Assembly (NCBI GenBank): GCA_016748015.1
Contig: JAAOMT010000046.1
Span: 582,697-646,696, forward strand
Reading direction: 5' to 3'
Length of the DNA: 64,000 nucleotides
DNA from: Geosiphon pyriformis uo1
Lineage: Eukaryota; Fungi; Glomeromycota
The notes under the pieces are model-generated. The model was given only the letters and a program-made list of their open reading frames with translations. It ran no database searches and was not told the origin of the DNA. The translations under genes and the position numbers were made by a program. This document shows positions 12,985 through 25,291 of the stretch, piece after piece; position 1 is the first letter of the stretch, and every line of letters starts with the position of its first letter.

Positions 12985-14354
12985 TGTTGTTGTCAAAAAT
13001 AATAATTGGTTCCAAATCTCATGGAATCTCATCTGGTTGGATTAGTATTCTCTGTACTCCTAATTGTGGGATATTACTGGTGGATGCTGATGCTATATAG
13101 TGGTATGGTTTCAGTCAATCTCTATGTGCTGCTTTGGTCAAGATTTTGTTATTCAATCTTAATTTGTAAGCTCCATTTCCTAGAATTTCTTCTATGTGAA
13201 ATGGTTCATCCCATTTGGGGTCAAATTTTCCACTCCATTGTTTTTCCGCTTTGGTATAATATAGTAGTACTTTGTCTCCAATTCTGAATTCAACTGGTTT
13301 ATCTGGTAGTTAGTTATCATGTCTTTTTTTTGTTTCTCTTGTGACCTCTGTATGTTATCAGCTATTCTTCATCATTTGTTTTCTAATGTTTTCATTAAGT
13401 TATATGTTCTTTTCAACAATGTGTTTTTGAAATTTTTTTCTGTTATTGGTTCGATTAGGTATGTGCTGACTTCTATTTCCACTGGTAGTGTTGCTGTTCT
13501 ACCATATACTAATTCAAATGGTGTTGCTTGTGTAGTATCTTGCTTCATTGTCTGATAAGCAAATAGTACTGATGGTATCAACAAATCTCAATCATTCTGG
13601 TTTTCTTGGCTGAGTTTAGCTATTGCTTTACACAATGTTCTGTTGAATCTTTTGACTAATCTATTGGTTTGTAGATGGTATGGTAATGATAGTGGTCTCT
13701 TAATTCTGAATCTTTGGCTCAATTCTGTTAATGTTCTGTTCACAAAATGAGTTCTTTGGTCTGATAATAATTCCTTTGGACATCCATGTCAACAAATTAA
13801 ATCTTGATGAACAAATTTGGCAATGGATTCTGCATCTGCTCTTTGAATTGCTTTCGTCTCTGGCCATTTAGTAAGATAGTCCATGGCTACTACTATGTAT
13901 CTGTTTCTTCCGTTGGTGATTGTTAATGATCTGATTAAATCAATTCTAATACAATTGAATGGTTGTTCCACTTTGATTGGTCTTAATGGTTTACTGGGTT
14001 TTGTATCTTCTCTTCGCTGACAAGCATCACAATTTGAACATATTGGATGATGTCTGGATACATTGATGGCCAATAGTATTTTTTTCTGGTTTTTTCTATG
14101 GTTGCTTCTTTGTGAAAGTGTTCTGTTGTTGAATTTGAGTGCATATTGAATAATATTGTCTCTTTTTTTGGCTCTGTAATTACTCTGGTTGGTTGCTCTA
14201 AATCTCTTCTATTTTTCTGATAAAGTATATTTTGGTGAGTGATAAAATATTTTAACTGTTGTTTGATACTCTTTCATTTTGTTTGAAATAAATTCTCCTT
14301 GAACTGTTGAGTGTTTATATAATGTTGCAGTTGTTGATATTTTTGTATGTTCAT
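12985..14354 (-). pseudogene. Family B integrase, stand-alone ORF
   Basis: Own ATG (MNIQKYQQLQHYI), CDACQ zinc motif, RIDLI..MDYLTKWPE core, WDEPFHIEEILGNGAYKL tail, no chromodomain. Confidence 0.88.
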
Positions 14355-14416
14355 CTTTTGTTATATTTTTCGTTGGTATTGTTCTGGTTTTGTTATATTT
14401 TTGGGTTGAAATATTC

Positions 14417-15700
14417 TTAAATTTGTCTCATTCATGACAAACTGTCAGCATTTCCATTGTCTTTTCCCTTTTTATAATGTATAGTATAATTATATGGTGC
14501 AAGTGCCATTTTCTATCTTAACTGTCTTCTATCTCCAAATTCTTGTTTTTGAAGTAATGTTAATTCTTTGTGATCTGTGTATACTTCAAACTTCTGGCTC
14601 AAGTATTCTTTCTATTTTATAACTGCCCAGTATATTGCTAAGTGTTCTTGCTCTGGTGTTCCATAGTTTTTTTCAGCTGGTGTTAAACCTCTGCTGGCAT
14701 ATGCTACTGAATGTTCTCTGCCATTTGGTCTTCTCTGAGATAGTACTGCTCCCAATACTTGGCCAGATGCATCAGTGGTAATGATGAATGGTTTGCTGTG
14801 ATCTGGATAGATTAGTACTGGAACTTAAATGAGCTTTCTTTTCAGAATATCAAAAGCTTCTTGTTAACTTTCTGTCCATTCATATTTTGTATTCTTGGTT
14901 TGCAGTTGGTTGAGTGGCTGCGCTATCTTGGAAAAGTTTTTGATAAAATGTCGATAGTAGCTGGTGAATCCCAAGAATAATTTCAGTTCTGTCATATCAG
15001 TTAGCACTGGAAAGTTTTTTACTATTTCTATTTTCTCTGGATCCGTTTTGATGCCATCTTTACTGACTATGTGTCCCAAGAATTTTAGTTCTGTTTTGCT
15101 GAAGAAGCACTTTGTTGCATTTAACTTTAGTCCTGCTCTTCTTAGTCTTTTGAACACTTGTTGAAGATGATGAAGATAATTATCAAATGTCTTTGAGAAT
15201 ACATTGGTGTCATCCAAGTATACAACTACTGATTTCTACAATAAGCCAGTATAAACAATTTTCATTAGCCATTGGAAAGTGGCTGGTGCATTGGTTAAGC
15301 CAAATGGCATTACTTTAAATTTGAAATTTCCTTCTCTGGTGATGAATGCTGTCTTTTCTTTGTTGGCTGGATCCATGGCTACTTGTCAGTAACTACTGTC
15401 CAGGTCTAATGTTAAAAACCATTTATTTCTACCAAAAGCATCGAATAATTCTTGGATCCGTGGAGTGGAGTAGCTATCTCCACAAGTTACTCCATTGAGT
15501 TTTCTATAATCCACACAAAAGCAAATTTTCCCATTTTTTTTCCAAACAAGTACCACTGGTAATGACCATGGGCTCATTGATGGCTGAATTAGCCTATTGT
15601 CAAGCATTCAGTTTATTTCTTGATGAATGATCTTGTGGCTAGCTGGTGGTACTCTGTATGTTCTTTGTTTAATTGGCATTGTATCTCCAGTCTTGATCTG
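14417..15700 (-). pseudogene. Family B reverse transcriptase and RNase H
   Basis: SPWSLPVVLV..FCVDYRKLN, LDL.SSY, YLDD, FLGH, FLGFTSYY, TDASG, YTDHK; ends GNADSLS*MRQI*. Confidence 0.92.
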
Positions 15701-16251
15701 ATACTGGATAATGTCAGTTTGGCCAAACTTATTTTTGCTGGCAAAAATGTCATTGAAATTGTTGAGCAACATTTTAAGTTGCATACATTGGAGTGGATCT
15801 AAGTTTCCCATGTTCATTTGTTCCAACTGTTCTGGTTGGAGCAAATAACATTTGCTTCGTCTATATATCATTTGTGATGTGATATTGACATATCCACAAA
15901 GCTGTGAAAAATTTGGAATGGTACTTAGTGGTTGATCCTCTATTTCTGTGGTCAAATATCCAATAATAGTTCCTTCCAGTATATTGACAATATTTCCGGT
16001 GTTGTTGTAAATGGGAATTTTAATGTGGTTATAGTTCTTGGCTGGTATGTGGAGATTGATGAGTCCAACTTCTCCTAATTCACAAAGACTTGCTTCTGCT
16101 TCAAAAATTTGTGCTTGGTTTTTTATCTTCTTCTCTATTGTTATCATGTACTGATCATATGGTAGAATGGAAATTGCTTGACTGGTTGAGATAATTTCTC
16201 CTTGGCCAACCATTTTTTCTTCTGCCATATTGACTGACACATTTATTCTAT

Positions 16252-16642
16252 CTGTTGATCTAAATCCCTGTATTCCTCTCGCTGTTATTCCTAATTTCTC
16301 TCTTTTTTCCACTGATACTAACTGAGCTACTCTAACCAGAGGCAGGAATATTGTCTGTGCTATCTTTTCATTGAGCTCTATTATATAGGTCTTTTCTGAG
16401 TCATTTTGTAGCATAGCGATGATATTTTCTATATATCTCATGTCAATTATTCCTCCTCTTATATTAATTCCTCTTTTCACTAAACTACTCCTAGATGCTA
16501 ATTGAACTATTGTTGTTACTAGAATTTTTAGTGCTACTTTCAGATCAATATAGGTGTGTGAATGTGGTTCCAATTTGATGGTCTCTTTTCCTGAATACCT
16601 CAGATCAAACTTGACATCAGTATCATGTACACATTTAGGCAT
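16252..16642 (-). pseudogene. dut: dUTPase domain within family B pol
   Basis: Trimeric dUTPase motifs: P.CVHDTDVKFDL (I), ASRSSL (II), GGIIDMRYIENI (III, decayed IDAGYxG), EKIAQ (IV), RGIQGFRST (V). Confidence 0.85.
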
Positions 16643-17899
16643 GATATCTTCATCATTATCGCTGAACTATTTTAGTTCCAATTCCCTGGTGAGGTCAGGA
16701 ATTGTGATATATTGTTCGTATTTTGTATCGGAGTTTGAATCTGAGTTGGAATCAGTATTGTTGTTGTTGCCATATTGAACAGAGCTGGAACCAGTGTTTT
16801 TATCATTATCATTATTGGAGTTTGAATCAAAATTGAATGGTGATCCTAATTCCAATGTGCAGCTGCTGATTGGTTCCTCTCCCTCTGGGATTGTGTAGAT
16901 TATGCAGATTGGTGGATTGTAAATGAGGTCACACTCATTACAATATTGAAAGTCACATGGGATCAAACAGTGGTCACATAATTAAGTGTTTAGCTGTGCT
17001 AACCACTCTTTTTGTTCTTCTCTTATGAGTGCTAGTCATTGGTAGTGTTCATGAAATTTCTTGGGATCATCCTCAATGTTGCCAAAAACATCAAACATTG
17101 CAACATATTCTGGCTCTGGGAGGGATAATGGATTGGTTTGATTTCCCACAACTCGCTAGCTGTAGCTTTTTCTGCCATTGCATATGCCATTCTCCAGATC
17201 TTATGTTTATTATGTGAGTAGCTTTTTAAACGTCTTAAGGCTTGTTTTCATGCATCGTCGATTGAGGTCTCTTTTTGTACCCAATTGTTTATTAGGATTG
17301 TGTATGGGCATGTTTTATCGCACATTTCTTCTTGCCTTGGAATGTCATTCCACATTCTTTTGTCCAGAAGTGTTTCTCCACATGCTAGGCATAGTATATT
17401 GTCTTATTTTCCTATTTTTAGTGGTCAGCTATTGTATTCAATGATGTATGGGCGACAATAGTATCTTGTTGCTGTCTGCTAGTTTTCGTTGTTGCCACAA
17501 CATGCACCTATTGTCGACAATTTTTTGCCACAAGTGATGCATTCGAGTTTAAGTTGATGGTAGGTGGCCTGAGATTGTGTAGAATATGGGACATATGTAG
17601 GGGTAGTAAATTGTGCTGGCTCTTCTTCTTGTTCCTTCCCTTTTTCTTTTTCTTTTCAAGTCCATTCTGTGGTTGGTTTACTTTGGCTGTTATCACTCCA
17701 AGATCCCTGATTTGTTCCCCAGGTAAGTTCTTCTTCCTCTTTTCTTTTTCTTTTGTCATCTCATGATAGTATGGGTGATAGTTTGTTGTGGTCAGCGTTG
17801 GCCCAGAAGACTTGGTAAGCTTTTCAGGTAGGTTTCTCTTTCACCTCTTTCAGTTCGATCAATAGTTTCTCTCTTGAAGGAGTCTTGAAGTGGCCACAC

Positions 17900-20642
17900 G
17901 TGACCAGTACACATATGTGTTGGCCCTAATATGTTAGCTGGAGTTCCTGGGTGTTCCAGTTTAATGTCACGTTGACTTTGAATAGCCAGTCATTACCAAC
18001 AAGAGCTTGGTATTGAGTGGCTTTCATCACTAAAACTTTAATGAAAGTCATAATGCCATTGACTTTAAAAGAGAAGTCGTCAATTTCACCAATTGGAGTT
18101 TTGGTCGTTCCATCGGCTGTGATAATTCTGGCACTGGCAGCTTAATCAACTCGACAACCTAATTGATCTATAAGCTGTCTTGTAATAATGCTGTTAGCTG
18201 ATTCACTATCTAGAATGAGTTTGATGGGGTGACCATCAACTCTGGCATCCGTGTATATCGCTGTGATGGGTTTTTTTTCGAGGGCAGCTCTACTAAATAA
18301 CAGTACCGGTGTGGTTTCTTTGAGTTTAAAAGGAAAGATAACTGCTAGAGATTTGTCGTTGGAGATGGTTGCTGGTGGAATCATGTTGGTAAGTAATTGC
18401 TGATTGGATTCTGGTTTGTTGAATATGGCATCTTCTGGGGTAACCAGGAGACTTAAATAGTGTTGGGAATTTGGGTTTTGGGCATGACCGGTATTCAAAT
18501 TCTGTGGGCATAATTCTGATTGTGGGTTTAATGAACTGGGAACTGGTTGGTGAACAACCATCGCCGATCTCCAGTTTTGAGTGACTCTGGATTGAGGGTT
18601 GTCTGATGTTATTTGAGCTGGATTCTGGGGCAGTGTTTGAATTAGTTGGAGTTGATAGATGATTTGTGGCTGTGGTTGATATATTACTTGTGGCTGTGGT
18701 TGATAAATTGGGGTTTGATATACTGGTGCAGGCATTTGATACATTGGCTATGTTACTGGCAGATAAGCGGATTGATATTGTTCTTGATTTTGTTGATATC
18801 TTGGAGTTTGAAATTGGCAATTGGAGTTTCTATATTGATTTCTCGATTGTGGATGGTTATAAGCATTGCAGTTTGCTCTGATGTGCCCTTGTTTACCACA
18901 GTTGTAACAGACGCACATCTCTGGCTGCCACTACTGATTGGCTGATGTTGAGAGATGCACTTGATTTTGGGAACGATTGTAGTTTTCTGGATTGCTGTGT
19001 TGTTAAGGCGGTTGATAAATTGTGTGATTGTCAGCTAAGTATTCTTCTAATTTCTGATTAATTGAATCACTGAATTGTTTCAATTTAGAGTCCAATTCAG
19101 ATGATCCATTCATCACTAGGTTGACAGCTTGGGCGTGATTAGCCTTGAGTTCTATGGCTTCAAAATCTCTAGCATGTTATTGCAGTTGGTAGGTTGGCTG
19201 GGTGCATTGGGAATATCTATTGGAGGATGCTGCTGCGCAATCCTCTGATAAACTGATTTAAAATTTGTGGTGCTGTGAAGTAGTTAGCTTCAATAGCCTG
19301 AATCTGACGCAGATTTTTATGGAAGCGTCCCAGGTAAGTGGTGATTGCTTCAGTGTCTCCTTGTTTGATGGTGTTGAAGGTGTTGACTAATCTGTTGATG
19401 CTATTATTATTGCTAAAATATCTTAGAAGCTCAGTTTTGAACTGCTGAAATGTTTGTGGTGGGGTGACTAAACTCTGACACCATGCATCTGTGGTATTCT
19501 GGAGAAAATAGGGGATTGCTTGAAGAGTTCTAGTGTTGTTCCAATTATTGGCGACAATTGCTTTTGCAATGTTGTTTATCCATGTTTGTGCATTATTTTT
19601 GTTGCCAGTAAATTTTTCAAGTTTGGCTATAGATGTGTATGCCATTTGTTGCTGCACAGGTTGTTGAAGTTGTTATAGTGGTGGTTGAAGCAGCTGTTGG
19701 ACAGGTTGCTGAAGAGGCAGTTGATTTGGTTGATGCGGCTGTTGGATAGGTTGGTATATAGATTTGCCTATTGGATCAATTGGTGGTTGATCAATGATGA
19801 TATTTAAAGGTAAGTTATTCTGATTAATTTGTTTAGGGTTTTGCAGTGTTTGAATATTTAGAGTTGTGTTTTCTGGATTTTCTAAATTTGGGTTTATTGG
19901 AGTTTAAAAATTTGGGGTTTCAAATTCTGAGTTTTCTAAGATCAGGTTTTGGTAGATGAATCCTTGATCCTCACTTTCTTCTTCTTCTTCCTCTGATAAT
20001 TCCCACGGAGTAGCGGCTCCGAAATCTGGTTGGGGTATTGGTAATTAAATTCCTAATGGTGTTGGGGATCGTGATTTAAATCTTTCAAAATATGCTCCGT
20101 ATGATTCTAGTAAGTCTTCTTTCCATTGTTTGCTTTGAAACTGAAATTTTCCAAATGTTGATGTCATGTTTGAGGTGAATACATCTGCTGATGAAATGTT
20201 GATGGCACTTCCAGGTGTGTAGTGATATGATGAAGCAGTTAGTAATTCTACTCTGTGTTTCTTCCAACTAAGTAACTGTATTTCTTTTGGTGTTGCTGCT
20301 GGTGTTTGTATTCTTCTTTTACCTTTGTCTGCATAGGTAATGGGAAATTGTTGTTGTGTGTATCTTTCAATGATTTGATTAATTTTCCTAATGATTGGAG
20401 CAAAACTGTGATTTCTTGGTAAGCTGGTGTGTTGAAATAATTCTGCATAGAAATTTTCTCTTGTTAACTCGATATTAACTGTTTCCTCCTAAACAGTTTG
20501 TGATTTTATTATTGATGTAATAGTTGAAGACTGATTTGGCAGGGTAGTAATTATTGTTTAATCCTAATAGTTGACTGTATTGTTGAAACAAGAATTTTGC
20601 GAATCCTAAGTGATTGGCTCCTATAATTTCTGATTCTGCCAT
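17900..20642 (-). pseudogene. Family B gag and aspartic protease
   Basis: ATG at 20642 (MAESEIIGANHLGFAK). Retrotrans_gag-like ORF 19217-19657, CCHC-like remnant near 18890-18935, Q/P-rich linker, protease LILDSESANSII (decayed DSG) in ORF 18142-18744. Confidence 0.85.
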
Positions 20643-20682
20643 GTTTGAATTTGTGTTGGTGTTGGTTCTCTGTAGGATTATA

Positions 20683-20699
20683 CCTCACAGGGAGCACCA
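20683..20699 (-). promoter_or_regulatory. Primer binding site TGGTGCTCCCTGTGAGG, probably for elongator tRNA-Met
   Basis: Starts with TGG 2 nt after the LTR. The complement CCTCACAGGGAGCACCA resembles 3' ends of eukaryotic elongator tRNA-Met as I recall them. Confidence 0.8.
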
Positions 20700-20701
20700 A
20701 A

Positions 20702-21612
20702 TATTACAGGTAATTCTTTGGAATGTCGAGTAAATAACAAACCCATAACTTGGTGCTCAAGACGATTGGTAATGCTGATAATCTGAAGGTTTTTTAATTG
20801 AGTTCTTTGTATAATGGACAGAGATTCAATAGTAACAGTTTATCAGTAGTTTCCTGGCACCATAGTTTTGCCAATTGTTTGCTCAGCTTGATGGTTGATA
20901 ATTTTTCTGATATGATATCTTGCATAAGTGTATACTAGTATGGTTTCCTAATGTCAGTTCCTTCATAAGTTCTCCAAGAGTAAGTGTTGTTTAAGCAAGT
21001 TTATTTCTCTGTAAGTTCTCCAAGAATAAGTATTTTTTAGTAAGCTTTATTTCTCCATAAGTTCTCCAAGAGTAAATCTTTTAATCAAGTTAGTAGACAA
21101 CAAAGAAAATAAAGAAAGATAAAAAAGAAAATAAGAAATAAGCCAAGACGATTTGCAAGTTAATATCCCATCAATAGCCATGATCAAGAGCTATTGTTCC
21201 AGTATAGTTAAGTATTAGTTACCATCAACATGAAGTGTTGATAGTGGAGAATGAATTTGATATGGTGAATAATTATTTATTTGAGAATTGTGATAACTAA
21301 GCTAAGAATTCTTGGTGTTCCTCTTTCTTTTTCTGCTTTTAATGCTACTGCTATATATACATATTTGAGATTCTTCAATTTCTCAATTCCTTGTGACAAA
21401 AATTCTGGAATTCCTGGAATCCTGCAATTCCTGGTGAGAAGAATCCTGCAATTCTGGAATCCTGCAATTCTTTGTCAGAGAATCCTGAAATTCCTGGAAT
21501 CCTGCAATTCCTCTGAGAGGAATCTTAGAATTCCACATTTACTATGTCTATATTTGATTGGCTAATATCTACTGACTAATAATACTATATTTCCTATATT
21601 CTATGAGTAACA
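20702..21612 (-). repeat. Family B 5' LTR
   Basis: TATTACAGG (decayed TG)...GAGTAACA; adjacent to the PBS. Confidence 0.95.
21405..21535. repeat. Tandem ggaatcctgcaattcct-type repeats in family B U3
   Basis: Also at 12085-12200 with fewer units and at 23260-23370. Confidence 0.75.
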
Positions 21613-21616
21613 GCGG

Positions 21617-22073
21617 GACCACTTTGTGGAAGTTATTGCTGGTGGGCTGCTTTTCAGCATCCTCTCCTATGTTGCATACTCTGCTTGCTGGTTGTCATGA
21701 TTCAGAGATGTATATGCGATTGTGTAAAGGCTTTGTACTGAGAGAATGGGTCGATGAAGCTACTGTGCATTTCAAAGATTATAATCGGGCTGTTTTGGTG
21801 GTGGCTGATTTTGTTCAATGCCTGGCAGAAAAACACCAGTGTGGTTTGTAATTACCCAGAGCTAAGTTTAAAGTAGACATGGAACGTTGTGGTTTGGTTT
21901 GTGCTTCGGAAATTCCCATTGGTCTTTTAGCTGAATCTATTAAACATTTGTTTGGTAGAATTGTTTGTCTTCTTAGAATTGATAAGGTGTTTGCCATCAG
22001 TTTTGGTTTGCACAAGGCTAGCCTTTTTTTTTCTGGTATTTGTGATGGTATCAAAGTTTACATAAGTGTGTAG
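21617..22073 (+). pseudogene. LINE ORF2 C-terminal remainder after the Gypsy B insertion
   Basis: ...LCKGFVLREW...FFSGICDGIKVYISV* continues the ORF2 tail and is followed by the 3' UTR and poly-A. Confidence 0.8.
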
Positions 22074-23181
22074 TGTTGCCTAAATTGGCCTGAGTGGCTA
22101 GTCACATGTAGCAAATACATGAGCCACATTTAGTTAGATTCACTTAGCTTGCATTTGTATACTAGATAATGATTGGGCTGCACTCATTAAACAGAATAAA
22201 AAAAAAAAAAAAAACTTAATAGATAATTTAAAAAAAATTAATAATATTTTATAGTTAATAAATAAATAATTTAAATTTTAACATCTATAATAATAGTAAT
22301 ATTTAAGAATTTTTTATTAAATATAATATTTACATAAAATACTAGTTTTATAATAGCAAAATCCAAAAATTCTTAAAAGTCAAATGTTATAATAGCAAAA
22401 TATTAATAATAATAAAATTTAAAAAAATAAAAAATAAAACAAATATGATTACCAATCTGAAATATTATATCATTAATTTTAAAGACAATATAATAAAAAA
22501 AATTGACCAATTTAGTCTTAAAAAATTTCTTAAAATAAAAATTTTTTTTTAATTAAAAAAAAAAAATCTGAACACTGTTTTTTTATTAATACAGATTAGT
22601 TACTAAAAGCAGCAATAACAGAAAAAAGTTCTTAAAATTAACAATGACATATTGTCACAAACCAATAGACTTTAATTTAACAGAAATAATAATACAAAAA
22701 ATACCAAAAACATTTTTAATATTATTAAAAAATATATTAAAAAAAACATTATAGAATATAATAAAAATGTAAAAAAAAGAACTAAAACCACTATAAAAGA
22801 TTTAGCAATCTTAAATATAATTAAAAAAAAACCACTAATAAAAACTTTAATAGCAACAACCAAAAAAACTTTGAAAGCAAAATTCACATAAAACAACTTA
22901 ATATTGTCTTTAAAAACTAATTTAAATCTAACAAAGCCAAACAATAAATAAAATAAAAATTAACTAATACTAATTTGATTTTAAAAATAAAATTAAACAC
23001 CAAAGTAGAAGTTATCTATTTAAAAAATCTTTAATAACTAGAAATTATTTCTTAAACATTATTAAAAACAATACCAAAAAAAAAAAGAAAAAAAATTGAT
23101 TTAGTTTCTATTTAATCAGTTTAATTCTTAAAATCAGATAATTTAACATGTTGTTTTATTTTTAAGATCAATAATAAATAC

Positions 23182-23631
23182 TGTTATTCATAGAATATAG
23201 AAAGTATATTAGTATATAAATTAGCCAATTAGAAGAAAACATAGTAAATATGGAATTTTAGAATTCTTTTTAGAGAAATTGCAAGATTTCAGAAATTTTA
23301 GGCTTTTTATATGAGAAATTACAGAATTCCAGAATTCCAGAATTTTTTTTAAAAGAATTACAGGATTCCTGGTGTAAAGAATTGAGAAATTGAGAAATCT
23401 CAATTATGTATATATAGCAATAGTATTAGAAATAGAAAAAACAGACTTTTTAATTTAGATTTTATTTAAGCAACCTTTGAATTCACAAATATCAATAAAT
23501 AATTATTTGCTATCTCAATCTACTCTCCACTATTAATACTTTATGTTGATAGCAGCCAATACTTAACTACACTAGAACAATAGCTCTTGATCATGGCTAT
23601 TGACAAGATATTAACATTAATTGTCTTGGCT

Positions 23632-23664
<33 letters not shown>

Positions 23665-24010
23665 TTTCTTTTGTATTGTTGTATACTAATTGATTAAAGA
23701 TTAAAGCACTGAGTTACAGATATTATAGAAACTGGTAAAATACCCATAAAACAAAAGTAGAGAACTCATAAATTTGAGAATAGCTTACCAGAAAGATTAC
23801 TGGTTACCATGCTGAGAAAAAAATTTGATGAAATTGCAATTTTAGGAGACTATTGAAACAATAATTGAATCTCTAACTATTATTCAAAAAATTTAACCAA
23901 AACCTTCAGACAATCAAAAAAACTTTCAGATCATAACTATTGTATCAGTGATTAATACCAAGTTATGGGTTTGTTATTTGATTTAAGATTCCAAATAATT
24001 ACCTGTAACA
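23182..24010 (+). mobile_element. Solo LTR related to family B
   Basis: TGTTATTCATAG...CCTGTAACA, reverse complement of the B LTR pattern. Perfect TSD atac/atac. Confidence 0.9.
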
Positions 24011-24552
24011 ATACAAGTAATTAATACTGTTTTTTTAACTTTTTGGCTTTTTTGGTTATTTATAAAATAGTAATAATGATAATATTAATAGTAAAAACAA
24101 AAAAACTAATTAACAAATTGGTTTGTTATTAAAAACTTTAAGACTCTTAAAAAGATAAAAACAGCTTTTTATAACTAATATTTAAAGAAAATATTATTAG
24201 AATATTCTGTTTAATTGTTTTAATAATAAAAATTTTTTTTGTTAAAACTTTATTAGTTATTATAAAAAAAATAATATATAAAACTTTTTTACTTTTTGTT
24301 TTGATCATAATTATAAAATAAAAAAAGAAAAAGAGTTTTTGTAAATTTTTTTTTTAATAATTAATTAGTTAATAAAAATTTAATTTAAAATTGAACAAAT
24401 TAATATTTATAAATTTAATTAAATAAATAAAAAATTTTAACTTATTTTTTATAAAATATATAAATAAAAGTAAATTAAATTAATGTTTTTAGTTTTTTTA
24501 ATTCAACATAATTTTATTATGTTTTCAAAAAAATAATTAATTATTAAAATAT

Positions 24553-25291
24553 TGTTATAGTTGAAATTCATAGTTTTTATTAATTATTATATATATTAGC
24601 CACTAATATTATATAATTAGCTACTCTATTTTTAAATAGTAATTATTGATCTAATTAATAACTTAAATATTGATCTAATTATTAATTTAATCATTGATCT
24701 GAACAATAATCTAATTATTAATCTGATTATTAACTTAGTTATTAATCTGGTTATTGACTATTTTCAATAGCTATATAAATAATAAGTTTCTTAGCTGTAA
24801 AAAAATATAATCAAATATAAAAAATAAAAGAAATAAAATAACAATTATTATCTCAATTTTTTTTATATTACTTATTTCTCTTTTTTTATTTTTAAGTATT
24901 TAAATATCTTGGAATAAAAAATTATTTGTTGGTATTTTCTTACTCTTTTTCTGATTTGTATAATTGTAGTATTTGAAGATTATTGAATAAAACATGATTG
25001 AAAAATACATCTAATATCTAATATTAAATTTTAAAAGTGTTAATATAATACATAAAATTATATTAGTATATAATTATTTGTTAACAATATGAACTATTTT
25101 TCTACTTTTAGATTTTCTGATTATTTTTTAAAAAAAATAGTGATTAAAATATTTTATGAGACTAATCTTGCATATTGAATTTATACTTATTTAATTTGTT
25201 TTTTAAAATTGAATTTCTTTTAATTTATTCTATTACCATACAATCCTGTTTTTTCTTGCTATCTGTTAATTTGTTACTCTAATTTGTAACA
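24553..25291 (+). repeat. C1 5' LTR
   Basis: TGTTATAG...TGTAACA, followed by taaaag and a decayed PBS. Confidence 0.9.

Larger units (their letters stand above)
11368..21612 (-). mobile_element. Full-length Ty3/Gypsy LTR retrotransposon, family B (dUTPase-bearing)
   Basis: Two ~910-bp LTRs, TSD gtgg/gcgg, PBS, PPT (complement at 12278-12294). Order on minus strand: gag, PR, Cys-rich spacer, dUTPase, RT, RH, then INT, then ORF3. Confidence 0.95.
5144..22214 (+). mobile_element. Near full-length non-LTR retrotransposon (LINE, L1/Tad1-like, with RNase H), interrupted by Gypsy B at 11368-21612
   Basis: ORF1, ORF2, 3' UTR and poly-A (22198-22214). Probable TSD aaaaaacttaa at 5133-5143 and 22209-22219, merging with the poly-A. 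Coding sequence resumes after the Gypsy insertion. Confidence 0.92.

Noticed and set aside
18326-18820. Ser/Thr-rich 164-aa ORF as an independent overlapping gene
   Set aside because: Alternative frame of the repetitive Q/P-rich gag linker; openness is explained by low complexity.
22220-23181. Hydrophobic ORFs in very AT-rich tracts (also 4500-5143 and 24015-24548) as membrane proteins or organellar inserts
   Set aside because: F/I/L/K/N bias reflects extreme AT erosion, probably of old minus-strand LINE relics. No recognisable gene motifs.
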